NCBI GenBank assembly: GCA_003344405.1
Contig: NOWV01000105.1
Coordinates: 240,175-260,174, forward strand
Source of the DNA: Trichoplax sp. H2
Taxonomy: Eukaryota
Direction of reading: 5' to 3'
DNA length: 20,000 nt
The translations under genes were made by a program, and so were the position numbers. The stretch's first letter is position 1. Each line of letters begins with the position of its first letter. Below the pieces are notes generated by a model that saw only the letters and a program-made list of their open reading frames with translations, was not told the origin of the DNA and did not search any database. This document shows positions 1 to 10,920 of this stretch, in pieces.

Positions 1-748
1 ACGCTAATGCTAGACTATCCAATATTCAAGTTAAAAGATACACTTCAAAATTAAACAAATACTACTACAGTAAAGAGTACATCGAAGCACCATGACTTCT
101 ATTAATTTGTTATTACGCAGAAATTACGGACATAAGGCAAATGAATCATATTTTTAAATTACAATAGCTGTTTCTGCTTCTTAGTTAGCGGCTTTATACA
201 ATACTATGCCATTCTTGTTATAAAAAATCAAATGAAGTTAAATTTCGAACTATTTATACATCATGTAATACTTCAACATTTCACGTCTAATGGCGATAAA
301 ACTGCAACATAGAAAATATAGCCATTCTAGTTTATTGATTATTGTAAGCAAGCCAACAAGAAATTAAATTAGGACTATCGATCAATTAAAAATTTTTTAA
401 TTTTTAGTATTTAATTGACATTTTTAATACTATAGTATAACGCTGTGTAAAACTGACAACCATCTATAAAATTAAGAATGTTAATCCAAATTACTATTAG
501 TTTGCTGGGAAGTTTAAAGTCTACTTGTAAAATTATCGTAAGCTGAAAAGTAAATAAGCTTGTATTGTATTCCCTGTTTTTGAAGGGTTATCTGTTAGGA
601 TAGTTAAATTAATTTAGAAGAGTAATTTAAGAAGGTAAAGGCATTCTATAATAATTTTGTCTTGGCGCATATTTTATAAGTTCAATTTAAATGTACGATA
701 AATTATAAGCTGTATTGAAGATGGCTTTGAGGATAGGCTGTTTGCACT

Positions 749-1011
749 CTAGAAATTTTGTTCGTTGTTTTCTGACAGAATGATGTCATTCCTACCAATA
801 GTTTGCAAAGCCCGCTGCAATCGGCTAATGCTAACATTGGGATGTGCCTTTTTGTACCAGTAATTGAGCAATTCCATTGCCTGGTTAAAGACATGGTCGC
901 GATTTTGTTCCATTATAACCTTAACACAAATCGTTGGATCTAGGATGGCCGCTAACTGTGGCCAGTCTGTGCCAATAGAGCTTGCAATAGGGTAAAAATA
1001 CTTCCTAGGAT
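749..1011 (-). CDS. Gene A terminal exon: Death domain
   Basis: Acceptor ATGTAG|AT at 1012/1011 is in frame with the micro-exon. Translation DPRKYFYPIASSIGTDWPQLAAILD...AMELLNYWYKK...LQRALQTIGRNDII matches the Death-domain pattern (IG.DW..LA..L, L..W, L..AL..IGR.DI). TAG stop at 749..751. Confidence 0.87.
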
Positions 1012-1631
1012 CTACATAGTACAAGTAGAAACTTTACTATGAAGTACTATACGAGTATGTTGTAACAATTTCAATTGCAAATAAATTACTTGATTTTACA
1101 TGATATAAAGTACAATATTTACATAATGAGCTCTTATGTCGCAATTAGAGTTGAATAATCATCTGGTTCGCTATAATTATTTATGTAATGGTAATAATGG
1201 CATTAGCGATAGCACAGGTGGAACTGTACTTCTATTGTAAGACTAATAGAAATAAATGGCTCTAATTCGAATTTGAATAACTCTGTAAACGAACTACTTA
1301 CTGGACAAACAATGTACAAATAAATTAAGATTGAATATTTTTTAATTCATAAATCATTATTTATTATGTCAAGTAGCTTACTAGTAGCTAGAATATTCTA
1401 ATGACGATCTTAAAAATTCGTCAGTGATATCATTATCTAGTAAAACTGTATGCGATCATATCATCAGTGGCAAACGTAGCTTAAAGAATTACATCCATTG
1501 ACGAGGTAAGGTATTCCTATGTTAGAATTTACAAGGAGTAATTGCTCTTAATCATATTTGAATCGATCTACAATTGGATTACTAAATGCAATTGAGAATG
1601 ATTGATAGATATCAATTCAATAGAGGTTTAC

Positions 1632-1658
1632 CTTCATCTTTGGTATCTTTCCATCGGT
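1632..1658 (-). CDS. Gene A 27-nt micro-exon, linker peptide (D)RWKDTKDE
   Basis: Reads CTTTAG|ACCGATGGAAAGATACCAAAGATGAAG|GTAAAC. It is phase 1-1 and frame-preserving, and the same 27-nt exon is present in genes B and C. Confidence 0.85.
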
Positions 1659-1922
1659 CTAAAGTAGTGGAATAAAAATAGCAATAATCGATTAATAGTT
1701 CTATCGTTTAAGTAATCAATGCAGTAGATTAGTGCCCATAATTTTTGATAATAATCAACTATTGTTTACGCTATTACAAAATCACCTTACATTAAATAGT
1801 AAAATAGCTATGATACAGTACATTTATGTCTCTTTGCTTGCTCTAGCGTATGACTTTAGTTTATTATATCATAAAAAGTGATAATATAAGAATGAAGCTG
1901 CTGTTTATTCTCACATGCTTAC

Positions 1923-3947
1923 CTATCAAGAATTTTTCATTATAAATAATCCAATCGTTTAAAGATTGACTGGCAAATTCCATCTTACAATGCTTACATC
2001 GAATCCAATTTTGATCTTCTTCCTTGTATTCTTCAGTTATACTTGTTTGTGTATTACATTCACTACATTTGACGAAATATCGACAATCGGCCCCTTTAAA
2101 CTTAACCATCCTATCATTGACAGTAGAGATGAGTTTATTCTTGACAATTTCGTGTGGCCGTTTGACAAATATAGAATTTGTAACTTTATCGATAATCGAT
2201 TGACTCCTCTCGGGCTCATTTATTTTCTGATAGCAATATTGTAAACCAATATGAGATTCCTCTTTCTTGACTACAAGATAATGATTGTCATTTGCTAAAT
2301 AATATTTGGCACATTGATAGTATAATTCTACGTCCGTATTATTCCATTCCTTTAAACATGAAGATAACAAGCAATAATAAATTCCATCTGGAAGATATGG
2401 AATATCTGTATGCTCGTATCCGATGTAGAGCCAATCTGATTGATGATATTTTGATAAATCAAATGGCTTAACATCATATCGTAACAAATATGGAACAAAG
2501 TATTGACATTCTTCGCCGTTGTCGTTCTTCTCATTTGTAATTGAACATAGAATATCATAAGCATGCATGAGTGCCAATATAGTTTGCTTACTATTGTCAT
2601 CTAAATTAAATTTATAAATAGCATGATCAATGTATGATCTTGATAATTTTCCTCTTTGGCTTGCTATCTCATAGTCACGTTTTATCTGTGCACCTCCTTG
2701 TACAAAATCTTGTAATTGAATAATAGAACGAAATATATTTAATAACCAATCGACATTAGTTATAATAATTCCGTCGTCGCCTACTTTATCACAGTAGATG
2801 ACTTCTCCTAAATCGTGTAGATACATTAGCATAGCGATTAATTCATCATGGTTTTCATATAATCCGTATTGTTGAGACAAGTTTACTATTTGTTGCATTG
2901 TCATAATATTATGCACTTGAGAATGTCTAATTTGATTGATAATAGAAGATGCGGGTTGATTGTTACTGTTAGTAGGGAGCGATTTATTTAATATTCTAGC
3001 CATGATATACCATCGAATAGGTATAGGATTCGTAATAAATGGCAGCGATTGTACAAATGCCTTAATGATACCATGTAAACGAAGACAACATTGTCGACGC
3101 TGCTCTAGTGTCGACGGAGTACTATCAAGAGGATTGCAATTAAAAATAATACCAGAAGAATAGATATGATTGGCATAAGAAGGCATGCGAGACGTCAATG
3201 TAGACACAAATTGATTGAATCGAGTACGTCCATTTTCTTCATTGATAATACAATCGCCATGAGAAGCTACTAAAATAATAATAGGTAATGAATGCTGTGA
3301 AGGTGGTAAATGCTGTTCATCTTCACTTTTAATGTTGACATTGATGGTACTTTGGCTTGTATGGCCAGCTATGATTGATGTAAGCCATTCTTGCATAGCT
3401 TGTAAATACGTCGTTTTGAGTAATTGGTTGTTCCTTGTTGTTACCTTGTCGTTAATGTCTTGATTAATATTAAATACTAAAATATAAATACTATTGACGG
3501 AGATAAAGGGATAATGAGTAAGATGATAGACGGCATGACCTGCGAAATCCCATATTTTAACATACTGATTGTTTTCGTCTTTGTCTGCATTTTGATTTTC
3601 TATTGGATCTATGTCGGTTACTTGCTGACTGATGTTATCTTGACTATTGATACTTGTTTGGGCTAACTGTTGTATGACTGTCTTGACTTTATCGTCTAGT
3701 ATTTCAGTCCAATCACAACCCTCTAAGTTACGAATATTATAATATTCGGTCTCTACCATAATATCCAAATTCTCAGCCACTTGTGTCGGAGATGGATTGT
3801 CTAGTGGTTGCTTGGTAAATATTTTTCGAACAGAAGTTTTGCCCACATTGCGAGGACCAATGAACATGCCTCGTATTAAATGATTAAAGCAATGACCATG
3901 TTTTAATGCTTTGCTATATGCATTGTAATATTTCTTTTCTTGCAAAG
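1923..3947 (-). CDS. Gene A coding exon 2: Roc (Ras of complex proteins) GTPase + COR region + C-terminal CxxC-x19-CxxC motif
   Basis: The acceptor TTCTACAG|CT at 3948/3947 joins in frame after an 80-nt intron (3948..4027). Motifs: P-loop GPRNVGKTS (3832..3858), G3 WDFAG (3538..3552), G4-like VASHGD, COR-like MLMYLHDLGEVIY, ITNVDWL and YFVPYLL. Donor ATAG|GTAAGC at 1923/1922 is phase 1. Confidence 0.9.
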
Positions 3948-4027
3948 CTGTAGAACAACAAAATACAGAATAGGGTTACGGTTATCCATCGCTCTCTCGT
4001 CTACTACTGTATTAAAACTCCAATTAC

Positions 4028-6146
4028 CTTTCTCTTGTACGTGTTGATTGTTATGACTGCCGTCAATAGTATTTGCTGGCGCTGTAACGTTGTTGATTTG
4101 ATTCGGTTGAAACCGTTCAACGGTACTTTTGATCCAATTTCTCGCTGTTGATGTCGACGATTTCGGCTTCCGGAGAGTGATATCGATATTCTTTTTGGTC
4201 CATTTAACTAGGCGATCATTTCCGCTTAAGGTTGCGATATACAGTGACTTCTTAAAGTTATCCACAGCCTGATCGTACTTGCCTTGGCGACGATAGACAA
4301 GTCCTATGTTGTTATATGACTTCGCAACGTGGGGATGATTGTGACCAAGGACTGACAATCGAATTTGCAGTGATTTGTCATACATATCCACAGCCTGATC
4401 GTACTTGCCTTGGCTTTTATAGACATTGCCTATGTTGTTATATGAGTTGGCAACATCAGGATGATTATGACCAAGGACTGACAATCGAATTTGCAGTGAT
4501 TTGTCATACATATCCACAGCCTGATCGTACTTGCCATGGTGACGATAGACAACTCCTATGTCGTTATATGAGTTGGCAACATCAGGATGATTATAATCAA
4601 GGACAGCCAATCCAATTTGCAGTGACTTGTGATACATATCCACAGCCTGATCGTACTTGCCTTGGCTTTTATAGACATTGCCTATGTTGTTATATGAGTT
4701 GGCAACATCAGGATGATTGTGACCAAGAACTGACAATCGAATTTGCAGAGATTTGTCATAAATATCCACAGCCTGATCGTACTTGCCTTGGTCATCATAG
4801 ACAAGTCCTATGTTGTTATATGAGTTGGCAACATCAGGATGATTATGACCAAGGACAGCCAATCCAATTTGCAGTGATTTGTCATACATATCCACAGCCT
4901 GATCGTACTTGCCTTGGCTTTTATAGACATTGCCTATTTTGTTATATGAGCTGGCAACATCAGGATGATTGTGACCATGGACTGCCAATCCAATTTGCAG
5001 TGATTTGTCATACATATCCACAGCCTGATCGTACTTGCGTTGGCTTTTATAGACATTGCCTATGTTTTTATATGACTTCACAACATCAGGATGATTGTGA
5101 CCAAGGACTGACAATCCAATTTGTAGTGACTTGTCATACATATCCACAGCCTGATCGTACTTGCCTTGGTCATGATAAACAAGTCCTATGTTGTAATATG
5201 AGTTGGCAACATGGGGATGATTGTGACCAAGGACTGCCAATCCAATTTGCAGTGACTTGTGCAACATATCCACAGCCTGATCGTACTTGCCTTGGTGACG
5301 ATAGATAACTCCTATGTTGTTATATGAATTGGCAACATCAGGATGATTGTGACCAAGAACTGCCAATCGAATTTGCAGCGACTTGTCATACATATCCACA
5401 GCCTGATCGTACTTGCACAAGCGATCATAGACAACTCCTATGTTATTGTATGACCACGCAACATCGGGATGATTATGACCTAGGACTGACAATCGAATTT
5501 GCAGCGACTTATCATACATATCCATAGCCTGATCGATCTTGGCTTGGTCATGATAGACAATTCCTATGTTGTTATATGACTTCGCAACATGGGGATGATT
5601 GTGACCAAGAACTGACAATCCAATTTGCAGTGACTTGTTATGCATATCCACAGCCTGTTCGTACTTGCACAAGTCCCAGTAGACGCACCCAATTTGATGA
5701 TAACTATCGGCAAGACGAGCATCCTTTTCGTCTAACCATTTTAATTTCATTTCCAACGATTTCTTACCGTCTTCCAGTGCTCCGTTGAAATCCCCTTGGC
5801 GTCTCTTAATCTCGCTTTCTCTTTGTAAACATTGAGCCATGCTCACTTCATCTTGCAGTTTAGTAGCCACAGTTTGTCCCTTATCACTCCATTCAACAGC
5901 TTCCTTGAATTGATATTGTAAAGTGTAAATGTCACAAAGACCAAGATAAATATCACATGCAAGTCGATCAATATCCGCACTAGGATTCGACAACGAAGCA
6001 ATCGCATCGACAGCTTGTGTATAACAAGATAGTCCGTCCACCAACTGGAAGGCAGTCTTGCATGAGATGCCCTTTTCGTACAGTGATTGTATACGGGTAT
6101 GGTGAGGAAGCACACTCGTAGAACAGACAGATTCATCATCAGCCAT
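4028..6146 (-). CDS. Gene A coding exon 1: TPR-repeat domain (about 3 divergent N-terminal TPR-like units plus 12 x 42-aa kinesin-light-chain/nephrocystin-3-like TPR units) of a TPR-Roc-COR-Death protein
   Basis: Lies within ORF 3903..6158. The ATG at 6146 (MADDESV) follows an acceptor-like TGCAG|GAAAAG at 6153/6152. Repeat consensus is VANSYNNIGxVYxxQGKYDQAVDMYDKSLQIxLxVLGHNHPD. The donor GAAAG|GTAATT at 4028/4027 is phase 1 and sits at the same position as the donor in gene B. The start codon is uncertain because an upstream exon is likely. Confidence 0.88.
4230..5740 (-). repeat. Intragenic tandem repeat: 12 near-identical 126-bp units encoding 42-aa TPRs
   Basis: The anchor 'tccacagcctg' (one variant 'tccatagcctg') recurs at 4261, 4387, 4513, 4639, 4765, 4891, 5017, 5143, 5269, 5395, 5521 and 5647. 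The period is exactly 126 with no indels. Outer boundaries are approximate. Confidence 0.97.
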
Positions 6147-8934
6147 CTTTTCCTGCACTCAATTCAAAAATATGTTAGTTAAAGGCTTGAACGACAGGTT
6201 AGAGACAAATAAGATTCAAATCAAGCTTCGTTGCAACCATTAATTGCTAATCATCGGATCGATATTATCTCTGCGTATTAATGAGGTTATGTCGGAATAG
6301 TTGTACTTGCGTGCCAGTCGTAGTTCAACAGAACAACATCAATTATTCCATTATACACAATTTTCAAGCATCAATAAATCAACTTCTACAATATTGCCTA
6401 TCTATTCCGCATGGAAGATTATCCGAAAATCATTCAATCAATCTCTGTAGATAATTACTGAAGACAACGCTATCGGACAATCGTGTGCTTACGTGTACAT
6501 TAACAAAATGCACTCCAGCTTACAAATAGATTATACTCATAATCATAATAACCATCAAACAACAATCTTTTTATTCTAATAGACAACGGTAAATAAATGC
6601 TAGCCACATCAATGATAGTGTAAAATAAGAAAGGATGCTTGCAATACAGTTTCGTTGGCGTCGTTTACCTATCTTTAATTTCTATTTTTACTTGAAATAC
6701 AATGTATAATGATGGATACCTAACGAAATAGGTTACTTACCAATGGATGTTTTAAAAATCGGCTAATAACAACTTGATGATTTTGCTGTTACGTAGATTT
6801 AATCCTACCAATCCGACTGCGCGCTGCTTATTGCAACAGGAGCTAATGGATAAAAAGAGAACGACAGGTGACATAAAACTCTACTCGGCTAAACAGCTCT
6901 ATCCAACTGCATATACACTAAATACACGCACTGATCAGCACATCTAAATACTACAGTGTATCAGCGATTACAGACTACTAACTCATTGGTTATTTCCTAA
7001 CTATAAAAACTCCTTGCAAAGTCCTGCACGAGGAAGGGCACTATTGGTAACCATGAAGCTTGCTTGCTAGAAATCCCAGTTAAACCTGCGGCTATGACAC
7101 GCTTTTATTCGTAAGTAGTCCCTATGTGGATGATGCGATAGCCGACGGATAAAGGTAAATAAATAAAATGAAGGTAAGGTAAATAAATAAATTAGGTTTC
7201 TTTGCAATGATTTGTGCATAGTCATAAGACCTTATGAAATTAGAACAGCTCTAATTTGTATTAGTTTATTAAATACGAGTTTAAGATTAACCTACGAGTA
7301 TCTTCCCTACCGAATTTCTTATGTCTTGTTAGCTTAGTAAGCCGTCAATCATATTATTTGCTAAAGTTTGATGCCAATGAACTATTGCATGGGTAGATAC
7401 AAGTTACCAACAAAATATCGTTCTCTCTAAGTAAGGATAGTTGACATATTATCCTTATCCATTTTCTTCTATTACAGTCTATCAATAAAGCTATCATTTT
7501 ATCAACAATTTGATTGCAGTCTACCGTACGCTATTTATTGTCGTGGCTCCGCAGTCTGTGTTCATTGCAATTCAATTTGATAATGAGCTTGTTACTGCCA
7601 TATAAAACTCTCAAATTATCAACTATGAAATTCATCAAGTAATAACTTAAAGGAGCGACTGTTCAGGATAGGTTTCTGATAGTAAACTGCAAGAAAGAAT
7701 AGCGATGAATATTATATAACATACTGTAGAGACATAGAGAAATGATAGCAGTCTATTTCAATATACATCATTGACATTATCCGATCCATTGAATCTACTG
7801 TAGCTCAACAAAGAATGCCATAAATTTAATAAAAGATATTGCTTGTAACAAATATTATCATTTTGTATACAACGTTCGTAGTCCGATGATGAATTAATGA
7901 TAGACATTTGCATGGTCAAATTGTAAGCCATACTAATAAAGATTGTACAATCGCAATCATGAATTTTTTAGACTAACCAGATACATCAACAACGGATTAC
8001 AACATTGGATATGCAATAAAACGGATCAATCACTTGACTGATCAGCAGTAGCATATTCTACTTTAATTGGCAACAGCCATCCAATACAGGCATTGCTGTA
8101 CAACAAGGCACTATCCTCTCAGCACTTACGCTCGCTGCATTCTCGCGCCAAAGAAGCTTCTTAGTCAACAAGTTCAGCTTCGATCCATGCTCACAGAACT
8201 CATTCTCAAGGATAGGTAATCATTTCTACGAGCATATCTCAACAGTTTTCAACAAACAAGAAGTATTTTATGATCGGTATTGTGTATGAACTAACTAGAG
8301 TTGATACTCCAACCGTATGTAAAGTTCGGATCACTCTGACTAGTTTTCGAATACTGACAAAGCTAAGTCCTTACTACCACTCATTCGTTTATTGATAATT
8401 ACAACGGCTTTTATATGTGCGCCGTCAACACTTACAGTGTAACGTTGTACAATACATAGTTTATGATATCCATATCTAGAATTAGGTAGACTTGTAAATT
8501 GTAAATTAGTCACGATAATTGATTCTATAATTATACAGCGTAAGTTAACTATCAATATGGACTGTAGATAATAACGCAGTTATCATCCATCCATCTTAAG
8601 CGTAGCATTACAAAATACATATATAGAAATACTGTAAGACATATCAATCGGAATAGAGTAAAGTAAGATCAAATTAAAATCTCCTGACAGGGTTGGCGTG
8701 AGTACTGTTTGGCCTGATTGCAAATTGCATGCTATCGATACAAGATGTAACCCTTCATACATACTGGAAGTACTGCAATCCATAGCAATTCCATATGATT
8801 ACTACCTTAATTTTATTCAATAATTAACAATCAATGAGTTGTTAATATACACCATTTAAAGAAAATTTTTAGTATACTTTTATAAACTGTTTGACAAATG
8901 ACAGTAAAAAATCAACGGAATACAGTAGCGCACG

Positions 8935-10062
8935 ATGAAGATGATATCAAGCGATTCAGCAGATGGCTTAGTTATTGGACTCATCGTCGATGATGATCGC
9001 CAATTAAACAGTGGCCAACAGTAATTTCTGCTATCGGAAGAACAATCTTCATATTAATTCAAGGAGGCTAAAAGATGTAACATAAAAAGAATCATCTACG
9101 CTTACTTCTCGTATGCACTAATTTGCACTACTTTAACATAAAAAGAAACATCTATGCTTACTTCTCGTATGCACTAATTTGCACTACTTTAACATAGATG
9201 TCGAAGGCACGCTAATGTTGGCTTCAGACGATAGAGCTAAAATGGACATGGTTAGTACTTTCATCAACTACATGGAGGAGAATTGCCAAGTCTATGCTAT
9301 ACATGCATGCTTACAAATTATTTCTAGTCAAAATAATATACCAATCTCAGCTCTAAAATGCTGAACAGTGCAAAATGGAACAGAGAATTTGGACAGTCTC
9401 CACGCTGTACTATGTAATTTTAAGTAAACTACTTCTTAAAGCTTCCTAAACTGTTTCTACATGAAGTTGATACCAATGCAATAAGTTCAAAACCAATATT
9501 GAGCGGTTAACTGGTAATATCAGGGTAACTTGCTCAACTCTGGTTAAATCAGGTGATGACATTTTACAGGTGCACTAGCTGTACTACCATCTTGTACCAA
9601 GTACTAACTCGTCTAAAATAATCAAGACAGGAGCATTCTCGTGGAAGCTGATATGCTATCGAAACTGCGATTTGATGCAGTACACTAATGTATTCTAGCT
9701 TATAAACTGTCCGTTTACTGTACAAGACTAATCAATTTCTCCATGAGGAGTACTAGAGTAGCTTCTCAAACTTGGGTAGTAACAACAAAGGTTGTACCCA
9801 CTCCATGAGCAGTAGCGCTCGACGATTACAGGAAAGGTACCGATGGTGCAATTTTAAACGAACCATAGACGGACTCTACTTGATTTTATTCATTTGATCT
9901 ACCATTGACTCAAATTATTCAAGAGTCTTTTGCTCGTTTTAGCTCATACTGTCTTGATGAAATGTCGTACAAATTGGCAGGACAAGCCTGGAGCGAGATG
10001 GAAAGTTCAAATACAGTAAAGCAATTTCGTCTTAATTTCGTACTTCGTAGCAATCATGACTA
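8935..10062 (+). pseudogene. Possible decayed plus-strand gene relic of uncertain identity
   Basis: Coding-like stretches are broken by stops (GLVIGLIVDDDRQ..., VEGTLMLASDDRAKMDMVSTFINYMEENCQVYAIHACLQ..., MLSKLRFDAVH*CILAY...). An intron-like segment GTAAC...CACTAAT...TTTAACATAG (9077..9197) would join the flanking frames in phase 1. Confidence 0.25.
9078..9196. repeat. 56-bp direct tandem duplication (about 2.1 copies, 2 mismatches)
   Basis: The unit taacataaaaagaa(t/a)catcta(c/t)gcttacttctcgtatgcactaatttgcactactt starts at 9078 and 9134, and a partial 'taacata' starts at 9190. Confidence 0.95.
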
Positions 10063-10524
10063 GAAGCTATTCACAGTCGATAACTGGCAATTAACTAGCT
10101 CTTCTTACAATTCATTATAGCAAAAGATTTCTTTATTGTCAGGATCTTTATAACTTTCATAAAAGTAGGTTAATTTTACCGTCTGAAATAACGCCACTTT
10201 GCATAAAATAGTACAGCATGAACAAGTTTAACTCACGATTAGTACAAGCAAAAATGAATAGAAACCGTAATTAACAAACGCTTTAGAATACTTTACAATT
10301 ATAAATGTTTATCCTTCACCAGCAATTTGTGAGTGCTTCATAAGTATTTAAAGTAAATTTACGATGCTTATAATGTTGTCATTTCGTTGTGCACAGGAAT
10401 AAAATGTTAAAAACTTAATTTTTACATCAGCAGATTCTTACACAAAACGTGATTGTGATGGCAAAGCTGAAAGATTGAAATCAATAACATTAAGCATTGC
10501 TAATATTGTCCATTAAATTGTTGG

Positions 10525-10530
10525 TTTATT
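10525..10530 (-). terminator. Candidate polyadenylation signal AATAAA for gene B
   Basis: AATAAA on the minus strand about 135 nt after the gene B stop. A similar spacing occurs for gene C (17115..17120). This is weak evidence in AT-rich DNA. Confidence 0.3.
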
Positions 10531-10663
10531 TCAATCAAGGCGAAATAAAACATTATTTTCTTATAACGCTAATTATTTTGATCTTGAAAAAATGCAAATA
10601 AGCACAAATAGACCATCAATAAATTAGAATCTACACTATAGTAGACGAAAGAAGATTAGTCCT

Positions 10664-10920
10664 CTAGGAATTTTGTTCTTTTGGGATAATAATATCATTT
10701 CTGTCAATCGTTTCCAAAGCGTTCCGCAATAGATTAAGAGTAGCATTTGGGTATTTCCTTCTGTACCACTGATTAAGCGATTGGATGGCACTGTTATAGG
10801 TATGACCACGATGTTTTGCTTCGATAACCTCAGTATCAATCGTTGGATCTAGGACTGTAGCTAATTTTGTCCAGTCTATACCAACACAACTAGCGATCGA
10901 GTGAAAATAGTTTCTAGGAT
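10664..10920 (-). CDS. Gene B terminal exon: Death domain (not shown in the supplied ORF track)
   Basis: Acceptor TTATAG|AT at 10921/10920. Manual translation is DPRNYFHSIASCVGIDWTKLATVLDPTIDTEVIEAKHRGHTYNSAIQSLNQWYRRKYPNATLNLLRNALETIDRNDIIIPKEQNS*. About half of the residues are identical to the gene A Death exon by hand alignment. TAG stop at 10664..10666. Confidence 0.87.

Noticed and set aside
1966-2244. Plus-strand ORF similar to 12077..12364
   Set aside because: Both are antisense to homologous COR sequence, so the similarity is explained by the minus-strand paralogs.
3903-3945. Programmed ribosomal frameshift or pseudogenising frameshift between the TPR and Roc ORFs
   Set aside because: A canonical GT-AG intron (3948..4027) at the same position as in gene B resolves the frame change.
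1923-3947. Assignment as LRRK2/DAPK1/MFHAS1 ortholog or as NACHT/NB-ARC NLR
   Set aside because: There is no kinase, LRR or ankyrin region, and the motifs (GxxxxGKTS, WDFAG, SHxD, COR) are Roc-type GTPase rather than STAND ATPase. No gene symbol is justified.
4230-5740. CRISPR-like regular periodicity
   Set aside because: The units are contiguous 126-bp coding repeats with no unique spacers, no cas genes are present, and the context is a spliced eukaryotic gene.
4316-5788. Plus-strand repetitive ORFs (330, 67 and 70 aa; CHTYPQPDRTC repeats)
   Set aside because: These are the antisense shadow of the 126-bp TPR repeat. They are interrupted by stops and show no independent coding evidence.
6741-6900. 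Possible upstream 5' exon of gene A (donor-like TTG|GTAAGT at 6741/6740; analogous GAAG|GTAAAT near 16536 for gene B)
   Set aside because: Plausible given the acceptor sites before both ATGs, but the boundaries cannot be supported without transcript data.
7152-7192. Short direct repeat aaggtaaataaataaa x2
   Set aside because: Low-complexity AT-rich slippage with no evidence of function or of transposon ends.
8340-8783. Short minus-strand ORFs (71 and 66 aa), and 16182..16385 on the plus strand
   Set aside because: They have no recognisable motifs, and their lengths are expected by chance.
10636-10839. 67-aa minus-strand ORF in the track (also 703..894)
   Set aside because: These are alternative frames overlapping the real Death-domain exons.
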